Part shown: in pieces, positions 42,674 through 52,773 of the stretch
Layout: every line of letters starts with the position of its first letter
How positions within the stretch are numbered: position 1 is the stretch's first letter
Assembly: GCA_038883855.1 (NCBI GenBank)
Contig: JAVZLH010000003.1
Location: 32,001 to 96,000 of the forward strand
Length of the DNA: 64,000 nt
Direction: 5' to 3'
DNA from: Candidatus Bathyarchaeia archaeon
GTDB taxonomy: Archaea > Thermoproteota > Bathyarchaeia > Bathyarchaeales > Bathycorpusculaceae
The notes under the pieces: model-generated
The model's input: only the letters and a program-made list of their open reading frames with translations
Told to the model about the DNA's origin: nothing
Database searches by the model: none
Made by a program: the position numbers and the translations under genes

Positions 42674-45045
42674 GCCTCTACATTCGAAGGAAAACTCCTT
42701 TCCCACTCTTCGAAATAAATTTGGCTGACGCTTCTGACGAGCAACTGCTAGAGATAAGCAAGGAGTTGGGAATAGGCTTAAACTTGCATGAAATGAAAGC
42801 TGTCCAAGAATATTTCCGAAAGCAAGGGCGAAATCCGACGGATGTGGAGCTTCAAACCATTGGACAGACGTGGTCTGAGCATTGTTTTCACAAAACTTTT
42901 AAAGGCAAAATAATGATGGATGGTAAGGAAATTGACGGCCTCCTCAAAACCTACATTATGAAGGCGACAGAGAAAATTAAGCCAAAATGGTGTTTCTCTG
43001 TTTTCGAGGATAATGCGGGGATAATTCGTTTCGAAAGGGATTATGGAATAGCGGTTAAAGTTGAAACCCATAATCACCCATCTGCAATTGAACCGTTTGG
43101 AGGCGCTGCCACAGGCGTTGGCGGCGTTATACGCGACATCCTTGGGGTTTGGGCAGACCCCATCGCGTGCACTGACGTTTTGGGTTTCGGACCGTTGGAT
43201 TTTGATTATGAGAAACTGCCGTTTGGTGTTAAGCATCCGAAATATGTGTATATGGGTGTAGTGGCGGGTATAGGAAGTTATGGCAATAACATGGGAATCC
43301 CAACAGTGAACGGCGCCATATACTTTGACGAGAGCTACACGGGGAATGTTGTTGTCTACTGCGGGTGTATCGGCATATTGCCACTAAAAAAATTCAAGAA
43401 AAACGCCAAGCCAAACAACGTGATAGTTTTGGCTGGCGGAAAAACTGGGCGCGACGGCATTCACGGCGTGACCTTCGCTTCAGCGGAGCTAACTGAGAAA
43501 TCGGAGGAAGTTTCAAGACCAGCGGTTCAAATTGCGAACCCCATCGAAGAGGAGAAGCTGAAAAGGGCAATAATCAAAGTTCGAGACCTCGAACTTGCCT
43601 CTGCAATAACCGATTTGGGTGGAGGCGGACTTTCATCTGCTGTTGGCGAAACTGCTAAGAAGTTTGGCTGTGGAGCTGTTGTTTGGCTTGAAAAAGTTCC
43701 TTTAAAGTATGCTGGTTTGGCGCCTTGGGAAATTTACGTTTCCGAATCCCAAGAAAGAATGCTCCTTATAGTGCCCAGTGAAAATCTTGAAAAAGTTTTG
43801 GAAATCTTCAACGAAGAGGATGTGGAAGCCACAGCCATAGGAAAGTTCACCGCTGACAAGGTTTTGAGAATCTTTTACTGTGATGAAAAGGTTGCTGAGG
43901 TTGACATCCCATTCCTTTTTGAACCGCCAAAAGCCATTAGAAAAGCAGAGTATAAACCCTCAAGTTTCGAAGAGCCAAATTTCCCAATTCCAGAAAACCT
44001 AACTGAGACACTCATGCAGATTTTGGCTTCGCCGAACATTGCAAGCAAAGAAAGCGTGGTGCGCACCTACGACCATGAAGTGAAGGGAAACACCGTGCTT
44101 AAACCTCTACACGGAGAACATGGAGGTCCAAACGATGCAGCAATCATAAAACCGCTTAACGATTCTTGGAGGGGCTTGGTTATTTCATGTGGAATGAAAC
44201 CGCGTTACGGCAAAATTGACACTTATTGGATGGCGGCTTCCGCCCTAGACGAGGCGATAAGGAATAATGTTGCTGTCGGCGGAAGAAGAATAGCTTTACT
44301 GGACAACTTCACCTGGGGCAACCCTGAAAAGCCCGAAAGGCTTGGAAGCCTCGTTAGGGCTTGCGAAGCGTGTTATGATTTTGCAACAGCTTTTGGCACG
44401 CCGTTCATCTCGGGAAAGGACAGCCTATACAACGAGTCTCCGCTGGGTCCTGTGACGCCTACGCTTTTGATTACGGCTGTTGGGATAATTCCAGATGTTC
44501 GCTTGGCGGTTTCTGTTGATGTGAAAGAACCCAACGACTTAATATACGTTGTTGGCGAAACTTTCAAGGAGCTCGGCGGCTCTGAATATTATAGGCTGAA
44601 GGGTTTTATAGGAAAAAATGTGCCTAAAGTTCGCCCCAAAAAAGCGAAGAAAACCTTCAAGGCAATTACTAAAGCCATCGACTTGGGGCTTGTTAAGGCA
44701 TGTCACGACTTGTCTGAGGGGGGATTGGCGGTGGCTGCGGCGGAAATGGCTTGTGCTGGCGGCTACGGTTTAGAGCTGGATTTGCGAAAAGTGCCGGGTG
44801 AAGCCTTAAACCGTGATGATTTCATCTTGTTTTCTGAGTCGAACAGTCGTTTTCTTGTTGAAGTTTCACCTAAAGCCGAGAAGGAATTTGAGGCTTTGAT
44901 GAGGGGAAAAGCTTACGCTAACATAGGGAAAGTCACTGAGGAAACGCGGTTGCGGATTAAGGGTTTGAAAGGAAAAATTGTTGTTGACGCTTCAATTGAT
45001 GGTTTGCTGGCAAGTTGGAAAAGAACGTTAAGCGGCGGGGTTTAG
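42670..45045 (+). CDS. purL: FGAM synthase subunit PurL
   Basis: WSEHC, KVETHNHPSAIEPFGGAATG, DLGGGG, SESQERM, HDLSEGG. Confidence 0.97.
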   Translation: MSLYIRRKTPFPLFEINLADASDEQLLEISKELGIGLNLHEMKAVQEYFRKQGRNPTDVELQTIGQTWSEHCFHKTFKGKIMMDGKEIDGLLKTYIMKATEKIKPKWCFSVFEDNAGIIRFERDYGIAVKVETHNHPSAIEPFGGAATGVGGVIRDILGVWADPIACTDVLGFGPLDFDYEKLPFGVKHPKYVYMGVVAGIGSYGNNMGIPTVNGAIYFDESYTGNVVVYCGCIGILPLKKFKKNAKPNNVIVLAGGKTGRDGIHGVTFASAELTEKSEEVSRPAVQIANPIEEEKLKRAIIKVRDLELASAITDLGGGGLSSAVGETAKKFGCGAVVWLEKVPLKYAGLAPWEIYVSESQERMLLIVPSENLEKVLEIFNEEDVEATAIGKFTADKVLRIFYCDEKVAEVDIPFLFEPPKAIRKAEYKPSSFEEPNFPIPENLTETLMQILASPNIASKESVVRTYDHEVKGNTVLKPLHGEHGGPNDAAIIKPLNDSWRGLVISCGMKPRYGKIDTYWMAASALDEAIRNNVAVGGRRIALLDNFTWGNPEKPERLGSLVRACEACYDFATAFGTPFISGKDSLYNESPLGPVTPTLLITAVGIIPDVRLAVSVDVKEPNDLIYVVGETFKELGGSEYYRLKGFIGKNVPKVRPKKAKKTFKAITKAIDLGLVKACHDLSEGGLAVAAAEMACAGGYGLELDLRKVPGEALNRDDFILFSESNSRFLVEVSPKAEKEFEALMRGKAYANIGKVTEETRLRIKGLKGKIVVDASIDGLLASWKRTLSGGV

Positions 45046-45047
45046 CT

Positions 45048-45866
45048 TTGAAAACCGAAGACGTCAAAATCTGCATTTTACGCGTAGGCGGAACAAACTG
45101 CGATGCAGAAACCAAACGCGCATGTGAAGAACTCGGTGTTCAAGCCCGCATAGTGCATGTAAACGAACTGTTCAAGAAAAAGAACTTGCTGGAATACAAC
45201 GCCTTAATTTTTCCAGGCGGCTTTTCATATGGAGATTATGTGCGGGCTGGCGCCATATGGGCTAAGTGGATTATGGCAAAGTTGGAGAAGGAACTGAAAG
45301 CTTTTGTAGAAGAAAACCGCCCCATCCTCGGAATTTGCAACGGCTTTCAAGTTCTTGTCGAAGCTGGTTTGCTTCCAGGTTTTGAGGGAATAAGCCCCTA
45401 TCCAGAGGCTGCTTTAGCAACGAATGTTCCACCGGGCTACAATTGCCGCTGGATTTACCTCAAAAACGAAAACAATGGAAAGTGTATTTTTACACGAAAA
45501 ATTTCAGGTGGCAAGGTTCTTCGCATGGCAGTTGCCCATTCAGAGGGGCGTTTCATCTTCGCAAAGGAGAAGGAAAAACAGTTTTTGGAAAGGCTTTACG
45601 AGAACGACCAGCTTGTCTTCCGCTACTGCACGAAAAATGGCGAATATGCGGAAGGCAGTTACCCAGCAAACCCGAACGGTTCATTCCACGACATTGCTGG
45701 AATATGCAATCCAGAAGGAACAGTTTTTGGTTTGATGCCCCATCCAGAAAGAGCGTTTTACTGGTGGCAGCAGCCAGACTGGACTAGGTATAGGCAGTTG
45801 CCGCAGTATGGCGATGGAAAACTAATATTCGAAAGCTTAGTTGAACACTTAACCAAGAAATTTTAA
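45048..45866 (+). CDS. purQ: FGAM synthase glutaminase subunit PurQ
   Basis: GTNCD, PGGFSYGD, GICNGFQ, NPNGS, MPHPER. Start set at the TTG at 45048. Confidence 0.96.
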   Translation: MKTEDVKICILRVGGTNCDAETKRACEELGVQARIVHVNELFKKKNLLEYNALIFPGGFSYGDYVRAGAIWAKWIMAKLEKELKAFVEENRPILGICNGFQVLVEAGLLPGFEGISPYPEAALATNVPPGYNCRWIYLKNENNGKCIFTRKISGGKVLRMAVAHSEGRFIFAKEKEKQFLERLYENDQLVFRYCTKNGEYAEGSYPANPNGSFHDIAGICNPEGTVFGLMPHPERAFYWWQQPDWTRYRQLPQYGDGKLIFESLVEHLTKKF

Positions 45867-46763
45867 ATCCTTAAGCCGTGGAAGCCCAGGTCTAGCACCC
45901 ATCTTCATTATGCAACGGGAAGCCACAAAATTGCCCAACCGCCCACACTCGTAAAGGTTTTTGCCCTTAATCAAACCGTAAAGGAAACCAGCACAGAAGG
46001 CGTCCCCAGCACCAGTCGTGTCAACAACCTTAACCTTGAAGGCATCTATCAAATGATTTTCTCGCCCATCAGCCACATAGCAGCCTCTGCTTCCAAGTTT
46101 AACAGCAACTATCCCTATACCTTTCTCCAGTAGGATTTTTGCGCCTTCCCGATAATCGGAAACGCTAGTTAGCAATTTGAGCTCGTTCTGGTTTGGCATC
46201 AAAACAAAAGTGCGCCTCATTATGGATTCAAGTGCATCAAAACCTTTTCTCGCGTAAAGCTCACCCGGGTCTAAGCTGACTTTAACATTTTCTGGGAGTG
46301 TGTCAACAAGCTTTTTCTGGGTTTGGAAAGATTTTTCTCCAACAAAGGATGTTAGGTGCAAAAATTTTGTGTTAAAGGCGTATTCCTTGTTTATTTCTTC
46401 AAATTCTATTGTGTCATTCACGCCAGGGTCAACGTATAAGGCTCTTTCGCCCTTATCGTCCACGAAGCCCATGACTTTTCCGCTTCTGCCTCTTTTCGCG
46501 ATAATTATTCCATCCGTGTCGACGCCTTCTCGGCGAAAATCTTGGATCAACATTCTGCCTTCACTGTCTTTGGCAACCTTCCCCATGAAGCCAACTTTGC
46601 AGCCTAGCCTTGCTAAACCCACTATTGTGTTGGCTGCTGAGCCGCCGCATGCCTCTTTAAAATCTTTTATGAAGCCTTCTTCTTCGGCTCCAGCTATCTT
46701 ATTAACCCTAAAAAGTTTGTCAACGTTTAATGCTCCAAAACCAACAACATCAAAGCTTTTCAT
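45849..46763 (-). CDS. PfkB/ribokinase-family kinase (EhaT-like)
   Basis: [34 protein letters not shown]. Confidence 0.9.
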   Translation of the reverse strand: MKSFDVVGFGALNVDKLFRVNKIAGAEEEGFIKDFKEACGGSAANTIVGLARLGCKVGFMGKVAKDSEGRMLIQDFRREGVDTDGIIIAKRGRSGKVMGFVDDKGERALYVDPGVNDTIEFEEINKEYAFNTKFLHLTSFVGEKSFQTQKKLVDTLPENVKVSLDPGELYARKGFDALESIMRRTFVLMPNQNELKLLTSVSDYREGAKILLEKGIGIVAVKLGSRGCYVADGRENHLIDAFKVKVVDTTGAGDAFCAGFLYGLIKGKNLYECGRLGNFVASRCIMKMGARPGLPRLKDLKFLG

Positions 46764-47671
46764 TTAAACAACTCACGCAAATAAATTTTGTATTCGCCGA
46801 GTTTTCCGCCGTAGTTTCCAGCTGAAATTTTAACCACACCTTCAACAGTTAACGCTGCTTCTATGCCAGCCCTCATAGCCTTTTTCACAGCATCCAACGA
46901 AACGCCGTTTATCACTATTTCGGGGATGAAGCCGACGCCTTCAGGAACCTTGGATTCTCTGCCAAGCTTCTTTTTCAGCGATGGGCAGTATGGGTGGTTT
47001 GTCGTCGGTCCTATCCACGGATAGCGTGTTTCAGGCTTGGAGCCAGCGGAGCAAATGTCGAAGGGTGTTGTAACGCCTTCAACTTCATGTATTGCTTTTA
47101 GAGCTTTTTCACCCGCCTCTCTTAGGGCTTCTTTATCTTTGCACATTATCCAGAAGTTTGCGCCCATGACACCGCGGGCATAGCCTAAATAGCGTTCAAT
47201 TATGAAGTCTGGAACCATTATGGGAACAACTATTACTTTGCGTCCATGCCGTTTTTCTGTCCATTCGTAGCCGTCTCCGCAATGCCCCACCCGTTCCATC
47301 ATGTCAATTTTTCCTTCAGCTTTCGGCAACGCGTCATAAACTGCGGTGAAGGGCTTTACTAAAATGTCTTGGCGTATTCTGTAGGAAAGCTCGATTTCAA
47401 ACTTTTTAAGAGAGTCAGAGAAGCCTTTCTTCTTGTCTATTCCGCCCCAGAACTGGATTAAGGCGCCTTTGCGCTTGTCAGGTGTTTCTCTTGCAGTTAG
47501 CCATTTTTCGATTCCGCCTTCCACTCTTCCAATAACTATGGAAGGGGTTGCTGTGGCGTCTTCAGCTGCTTTCCTCAAAGTTTCTTCGTCGTCTGCCGTT
47601 ATAATTACGTGGCAGTAGATTCCTTCAAAAGCTTCTGCATAAGTGTCCTCTATGAGGATTTCTTTAACCAT
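46760..47671 (-). CDS. Formylmethanofuran:H4MPT formyltransferase (Ftr) paralog (EhaS-like)
   Basis: [50 protein letters not shown]. Confidence 0.88.
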   Translation of the reverse strand: MVKEILIEDTYAEAFEGIYCHVIITADDEETLRKAAEDATATPSIVIGRVEGGIEKWLTARETPDKRKGALIQFWGGIDKKKGFSDSLKKFEIELSYRIRQDILVKPFTAVYDALPKAEGKIDMMERVGHCGDGYEWTEKRHGRKVIVVPIMVPDFIIERYLGYARGVMGANFWIMCKDKEALREAGEKALKAIHEVEGVTTPFDICSAGSKPETRYPWIGPTTNHPYCPSLKKKLGRESKVPEGVGFIPEIVINGVSLDAVKKAMRAGIEAALTVEGVVKISAGNYGGKLGEYKIYLRELFK

Positions 47672-48753
47672 TACCCAAGTCTCCCAATGGCTTCTCCTCT
47701 CACTTTTTTCCTGAATTCCGTGCTTTCTTTCGCCAGAACATCCATATTTTCGCTGGTTACTATTTTAACTTTGGGCAGTTTTTGCGGGTATAACTGGAGC
47801 AGTTTCTCGCGCAAGTTCGGGTTTACTGGACTTTTAGCCAGTGTTTCGCGGCTCCAATTTTCAACCAGCTCGAAGACTTGGTTTTTTCCAAACTTGCAGA
47901 AGATGTCTGCAACTGCTGCTGTGGTTAGGCTGGTTTCTGATAGGATGGCAATGTCAGCGTTTTTTACGGCGTATTGGTTGCCGTTGAAGGAAACCGTTAA
48001 ACCGCCCCCGCCTTTAACAAGTTGGAAGGCTTCAACGTCTGTTATGCTGTCGCCTACATACATGACGTCGGAAAGCTCTATGTTGACTTTCTGCGCTGCA
48101 TCCTTTACCGCTTCAGCCTTTTCAAAACCGCCTATAGGGTTAACTTCCTCTAAAATTTTCCTTGAAGCCATCACCGCCATTTCTTTCCAGAAAATCTCAT
48201 CTAAACGCCTAATTGTTTCGCGGTCTCTTTTCGCAAAGTCTTCTATGGACTTTGCTCCATTTGGGATTTCAATGACGGGCATTTGCGCAATTTCCAGCGC
48301 CATCTTTCTGAGTTCAATTATTTCTTTTTCTGGCAGCACATACTTGTCGATGTTGACTTTTGTGCAGTAAGTGTTTTCGTATGGGAAGCCTATGGTTTGG
48401 CAAAGCGCCCTAATATAATGCTCGTAACTTGTGCTCACAATAAAGGCGTGGGCTACGCCCCGCAAATAATCTAGCGTTTCCTTAGTGTTTGCTATTAGAA
48501 CTAGGCTTTTTGCAGAAAACTCCCGCATTTTCTCGTTTGAAACATCATAAGCCTTGAGAAAGGGAAGGATAAGCCTTAAAGTGTCTCCAGCCTTGTAACG
48601 CGATCTCTTAAAGACGTCTGCAAGAACATCATCGTATTTGCTGATTACCGTAAAGAGTTTGTCGCCGTTTGGAACAAAGTGGGCTGTCAGCTCGAAAGCA
48701 TTATCGTTTTTGGATATTGGACCTTCACAGTCTGATATGAAGGCTTTCTTCAC
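47671..48753 (-). CDS. HAD-superfamily phosphatase (EhaR-like)
   Basis: Motif [14 protein letters not shown], motif II IVSTSY, motif III K (GGFEKAEAV), motif [10 protein letters not shown], then SFNGN. Confidence 0.82.
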   Translation of the reverse strand: MKKAFISDCEGPISKNDNAFELTAHFVPNGDKLFTVISKYDDVLADVFKRSRYKAGDTLRLILPFLKAYDVSNEKMREFSAKSLVLIANTKETLDYLRGVAHAFIVSTSYEHYIRALCQTIGFPYENTYCTKVNIDKYVLPEKEIIELRKMALEIAQMPVIEIPNGAKSIEDFAKRDRETIRRLDEIFWKEMAVMASRKILEEVNPIGGFEKAEAVKDAAQKVNIELSDVMYVGDSITDVEAFQLVKGGGGLTVSFNGNQYAVKNADIAILSETSLTTAAVADIFCKFGKNQVFELVENWSRETLAKSPVNPNLREKLLQLYPQKLPKVKIVTSENMDVLAKESTEFRKKVRGEAIGRLG

Positions 48754-50165
48754 TTTTTGCGCCTCAAACTTTCCATGTGCCCCATGCTTTTCGCTATGTG
48801 CTGTTTAGAGGCAATATCCGTCCGGTGCCAAAGAGCCCCGCCCTCTATGGCTTTTACTCCCTCCAACGATATTTGCCTAGCCTCTTCAATGCTGCTGCCA
48901 ACTCCTAAAACGCCGACAGCCCTGGATTTTAGGGCGTAGACTTTGCCATCGCGCAATTCCATGGAAGCAGGGTAGACGCGGATTTTATCACCATACTTTT
49001 TGGTTAAAGCATATGCTTTTGTTAGGTTGACTGGTGTTCCTATTTCGCTTTTATTCACAAGGTTTGGGAAAGCTTCGGCGTATCCGCCATAGTTTGGAGG
49101 AACTTTATAGGTTAAGACCGTTGCCGCCTTCTCTAGTTCAATGCGCGTTAGGTTTCCTTCCAAGATTTTGTAGCAAATATCAACGAAATCGTCTTTCAAA
49201 ATTGGCAGAATATTTATTATTTCAGGGTCTCCAGGACGGCTGTTATTTTCTAAGATTTTTGGCTCTTTGCCCGTATGCATAAAAGCCACGTAGAAGGGGA
49301 CACCCCTAAAGCCAGAGGGATCGTTTGCTTTTTCTTTCCATTTTTCAAAAAGCGTATTTACTATTTGCAGTTCCTTTTCCCTATCTGCTTTCGTCATGAA
49401 AGGCAAAAATTCGTCAACATCTTTGTAGGAGCCCATTCCACCAGTATTCGGTCCTTTGTCATCGTCAAAAGCACGTTTGTAATCCCTAGTTTCCGGTAGT
49501 GGAATTAGGTGTTTGCCGTCGCAGAAGGCTTGGAAACTAGACTCTTCCCCATCTATTTTTTCTTCAATTATAACTGCGCCATATTGGAAGTTTGACAAGA
49601 AATGTTCTAGGAGTTGTTCGCGGCTTGTGAAGTGGTCTCCCCAGACGCCCACACCTTTTCCAGCAGCGGGCTTGTCTGGTTTAACGACTGCCTCGTTTCG
49701 AAGTTCATCAAGCCAACTATAAACAGCTTTTTTCACAGCATCTTCTGTTTTGTAGTCTTTTGGGTCAAATATTTTGAAACGCGGATTAACTTCTGGAATG
49801 ATTTCTTGAAAGAGCATTCGCTGCTGAACTTTGCTTGCTTCTATGGCATATTCCTTCTTTGGACAAATCATCGGTATACCAGTTCGCTCTTCCACAAGGT
49901 CGCGGACGCCGTCTATTATTGGCTTTTCCGAACCAACTATGCCGAAGTCCATTTTGTCTTTGTTTGCTTCTGCAAATTTGCAGATTTCTTCAACATTTAA
50001 ATCTGGTATGACAACATGTTTGGCGGCTTTTTCAACGTTGAATGGGTTGCGTTGTTTGTCTGCGATATACAATTCAACCTTGTATTTTTGACTTCTTGCA
50101 AACGCGTCTACCATGGCGGCTTCTCTCGCCCCATAAGAAACTACGAGTATGCCAACCTTCTCCAT
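48750..50165 (-). CDS. purD: Phosphoribosylamine--glycine ligase (GAR synthetase)
   Basis: GAREAA, IEASK, AAGKGV, EEKIDGEESS, DYKRAFDDDKGPNTGGMGS, NSRPGDPE, RTDIA. Confidence 0.93.
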   Translation of the reverse strand: MEKVGILVVSYGAREAAMVDAFARSQKYKVELYIADKQRNPFNVEKAAKHVVIPDLNVEEICKFAEANKDKMDFGIVGSEKPIIDGVRDLVEERTGIPMICPKKEYAIEASKVQQRMLFQEIIPEVNPRFKIFDPKDYKTEDAVKKAVYSWLDELRNEAVVKPDKPAAGKGVGVWGDHFTSREQLLEHFLSNFQYGAVIIEEKIDGEESSFQAFCDGKHLIPLPETRDYKRAFDDDKGPNTGGMGSYKDVDEFLPFMTKADREKELQIVNTLFEKWKEKANDPSGFRGVPFYVAFMHTGKEPKILENNSRPGDPEIINILPILKDDFVDICYKILEGNLTRIELEKAATVLTYKVPPNYGGYAEAFPNLVNKSEIGTPVNLTKAYALTKKYGDKIRVYPASMELRDGKVYALKSRAVGVLGVGSSIEEARQISLEGVKAIEGGALWHRTDIASKQHIAKSMGHMESLRRKK

Positions 50166-50181
50166 TTAAAGCACCCCTTAG

Positions 50182-51702
50182 TTAGGGAGTTAGGTTTTCG
50201 GCAAGCTCCGCCATCTCGTAAAGCCTCTCAGTTTCTTTGTATCCTGCAAGGAAGCGTTTCTTCATTTCATCCGCTATTTTCTGAGCGAAAGGCGTCGGAT
50301 ACTTGCCAGTAACGCATCCGAGGCATAATTGGTCTTGTGAAAAGCCCGTTGCCCTAACAAAGCTTTCTATGGACTGGTAACACACCGCATCCGCGCCTAT
50401 TATTCTCGCTATTTCCTCAGCATTGTGTTTTGCACCTATTAATTGGCTGTAGGTTGACATATCAATGCCATAGAAGCAGGGACCAATGATCCTTGGGAAA
50501 GTGACGAAAACATAAACTTTTTTGGCACCCATCCTTCGCAGCTTCTCAACCACAACTTTTGTTGTGTCGCCGCGAACTATACTATCGTCGGTTATTATGA
50601 CACGTTTTCCCCTAACTTTTGGCGCTAGAATGTTAACCTTCTTATCTATTGTCGCGTACCGTTCCTTATTGAGGAGGATGAAGGCTCGTTCAGTGACGTA
50701 ACGGTGTCTGCGGGAAGCCCTCTCCCACTTTAACCCAGACTCTTCATGAACACCAAAGGCGGAATCATCACCAGTTTCAGGCATAGAAAGTATCATGTCA
50801 GCGTCCTTAACTATGTCGGGGTTTTCTCTAGCAAGATTCCTTCCAAACCCCTCACGTATTTCATAAACATATCTATCGTCAAATCTTGAGTCTGGCCTGG
50901 CGAAATACGCAAATTCAAAGGCGCAAAAAGCTTTTTGCGCTCCTTTTACAAGCTGTTCCCTTTCAAATCCTTCTTTGGAAACTTTCACAAGCTCGCCCGG
51001 TTCAAGTTCAAAATCCCTTTCTAAACTGTTTATGTCCAGACCCGCGGTTTCTGAAGAAAAGGCGTACGTGGTTCCGTCGGTGCTGTGTCCAGCGCATAAG
51101 GGTCTTATTCCATGCGGGTCTTTGAAGGCGAAGAGTTCTCCTTTATTCGTTATGCCGGCCACAGAGAAGGCTCCATCCATTTCTTGCATACAGTTTTTTA
51201 CAGCTTTTGCAATATCTTTGTTTTTTGCCAGTTCGATTAGGAGTTTGCGGCATATTAATTCTGCATCCGATTGGCATGAGTAATCTCTGAAATGCTTGCT
51301 TATTTTCTTTTTCAGTTGAAAGACGTTTACGATGTTGCCGTTGAAGGAGATGGCGAGTTTTAAACCGTTTTTTGAAGCGGTAATGGGCTGTGTGCCTTTT
51401 ATTAACGATTTCTCATCCGACTTTCCAGATGTTGTGTATCTTACGTTTCCCATACCTATAGATCCTGGCAAACGTCCAAACCATTCCTGGATAGAGCTTG
51501 TTTTTATTTTTGGGACGAGGTCCAATCCCTTGTAAACGAAAAATTTTCCCCATTCATATGTGAGGAAACCGTGGGATTGATGTCCCCTGTGATTTTGCGC
51601 TCTTAAACCCCAGTATATATAAGGGAATACGGGCTGATTAGAGAAGTTTATTGCAGCAAATACTCCGCATGCTATTTTTAATTCCTCACCCATACTCGAC
51701 AA
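50182..51702 (-). CDS. purF: Amidophosphoribosyltransferase
   Basis: Propeptide then CGVF, HRG, NVRYTT, NGNI, CAFEFAYFARPDS, DDSIVRGDT, CFYGID, CLGC. Confidence 0.96.
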   Translation of the reverse strand: MSSMGEELKIACGVFAAINFSNQPVFPYIYWGLRAQNHRGHQSHGFLTYEWGKFFVYKGLDLVPKIKTSSIQEWFGRLPGSIGMGNVRYTTSGKSDEKSLIKGTQPITASKNGLKLAISFNGNIVNVFQLKKKISKHFRDYSCQSDAELICRKLLIELAKNKDIAKAVKNCMQEMDGAFSVAGITNKGELFAFKDPHGIRPLCAGHSTDGTTYAFSSETAGLDINSLERDFELEPGELVKVSKEGFEREQLVKGAQKAFCAFEFAYFARPDSRFDDRYVYEIREGFGRNLARENPDIVKDADMILSMPETGDDSAFGVHEESGLKWERASRRHRYVTERAFILLNKERYATIDKKVNILAPKVRGKRVIITDDSIVRGDTTKVVVEKLRRMGAKKVYVFVTFPRIIGPCFYGIDMSTYSQLIGAKHNAEEIARIIGADAVCYQSIESFVRATGFSQDQLCLGCVTGKYPTPFAQKIADEMKKRFLAGYKETERLYEMAELAENLTP

Positions 51703-51805
51703 TAAGAAGGCCTGTATTTATCAGTTTTTATAACATTTTTAACTAAAAATGCACTTATCCTAAAGTTAATTGAAAAGCATGTTTAACAAGGCATTTTCCG
51801 TCTGC

Positions 51806-52240
51806 CTATTCCACCGCGCTTGAAGTTATAGTTAACTCCGCGTTTGGAACCACGTGAATCCACCAGTCTAATGCTGTGAAGGAATCGTTGTAGTAGACTA
51901 TGAGCCTTGCAACTGAGCCTATAGGCGCGTCACATGGAACCGTGCCATTCCACGTTAAAGTTTTACGCTGATTTGATTCAAGAGTCAAGATTTGAGGTAT
52001 CCCACTCCAAGTCCACAATTCGCCTTCAAAAGCTATGTTAACATACCATGTGCCAACACTTTGTCCAGTGTTTTTAAAGTAAATCTTGACAATAAAAGTC
52101 TCACAAGGAGTTTTGTCGACAACACCTTTGCTGCAGCAGGCTAAACAAACCAGCTGCTGACCATTAGAACCCGAAGCTGCGAAAAATGCCATAATTATTA
52201 ACGTAGCTACTGCAAGAGTGAACAGAATAATCTTTTTCAT
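51806..52240 (-). CDS. Secreted or membrane-anchored protein with a probable Ig-like beta-sandwich
   Basis: Signal peptide MKKIILFTLAVATLII; FKNTG...W...LTWNGTVP beta pattern. Confidence 0.6.
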   Translation of the reverse strand: MKKIILFTLAVATLIIMAFFAASGSNGQQLVCLACCSKGVVDKTPCETFIVKIYFKNTGQSVGTWYVNIAFEGELWTWSGIPQILTLESNQRKTLTWNGTVPCDAPIGSVARLIVYYNDSFTALDWWIHVVPNAELTITSSAVE

Positions 52241-52773
52241 TTTTGATTACCTTCTTCTATAGAATATACTTAGAAAGTCTGTTTTATCCGTTCTGCAAAA
52301 TACTTCTATAACAAAAAAATAGAAGTTTCGAGAGCATTCCAGATAACAGGTCATAAATCGTATCGTAGAATAGGATGGAAATATTTTCACCTGCAAACTC
52401 TTTCTTTTTCTATTTCTTGGAAATAAAACAATTTATTCTATTCTAATCTCTAAATGTCAGCAAACTAAAAGAACGTCTTAAACCTATGCTGATGTGCCAT
52501 TTATTTGTCCAACCATTTGATGGTTTCAATTCTTTCTTCTCTTTCTTGATTTTGATTTTTGGACGGTTTTCTAGTCTAAACACGTCCAGAGTCAATTTAT
52601 TGATTTCTCTTTAAACCGAATCATGTTCTTTGATATGCCTAAACAGGTCTTAACATCAACCGTACCGATCTTATTGAATACCGTCAATGCTGCACGCAAA
52701 GTATCGACGAATGGAAAATTTTATAAATGATAATGGGTATAATATTTGGCAATCGAAAAGGGGAGGAAGAATA

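Noticed and set aside
47609-48370. Long antisense ORFs (also 2358-2840, 30002-30508, 46300-46767 and others)
   Set aside because: Shadow frames of well-supported genes on the opposite strand.
46760-48753. Ftr and EhaR-like genes as evidence of methanogenesis or an Eha hydrogenase
   Set aside because: No mcr, fwd, mch, mtr or eha core subunits are in the window; the context is purine biosynthesis.
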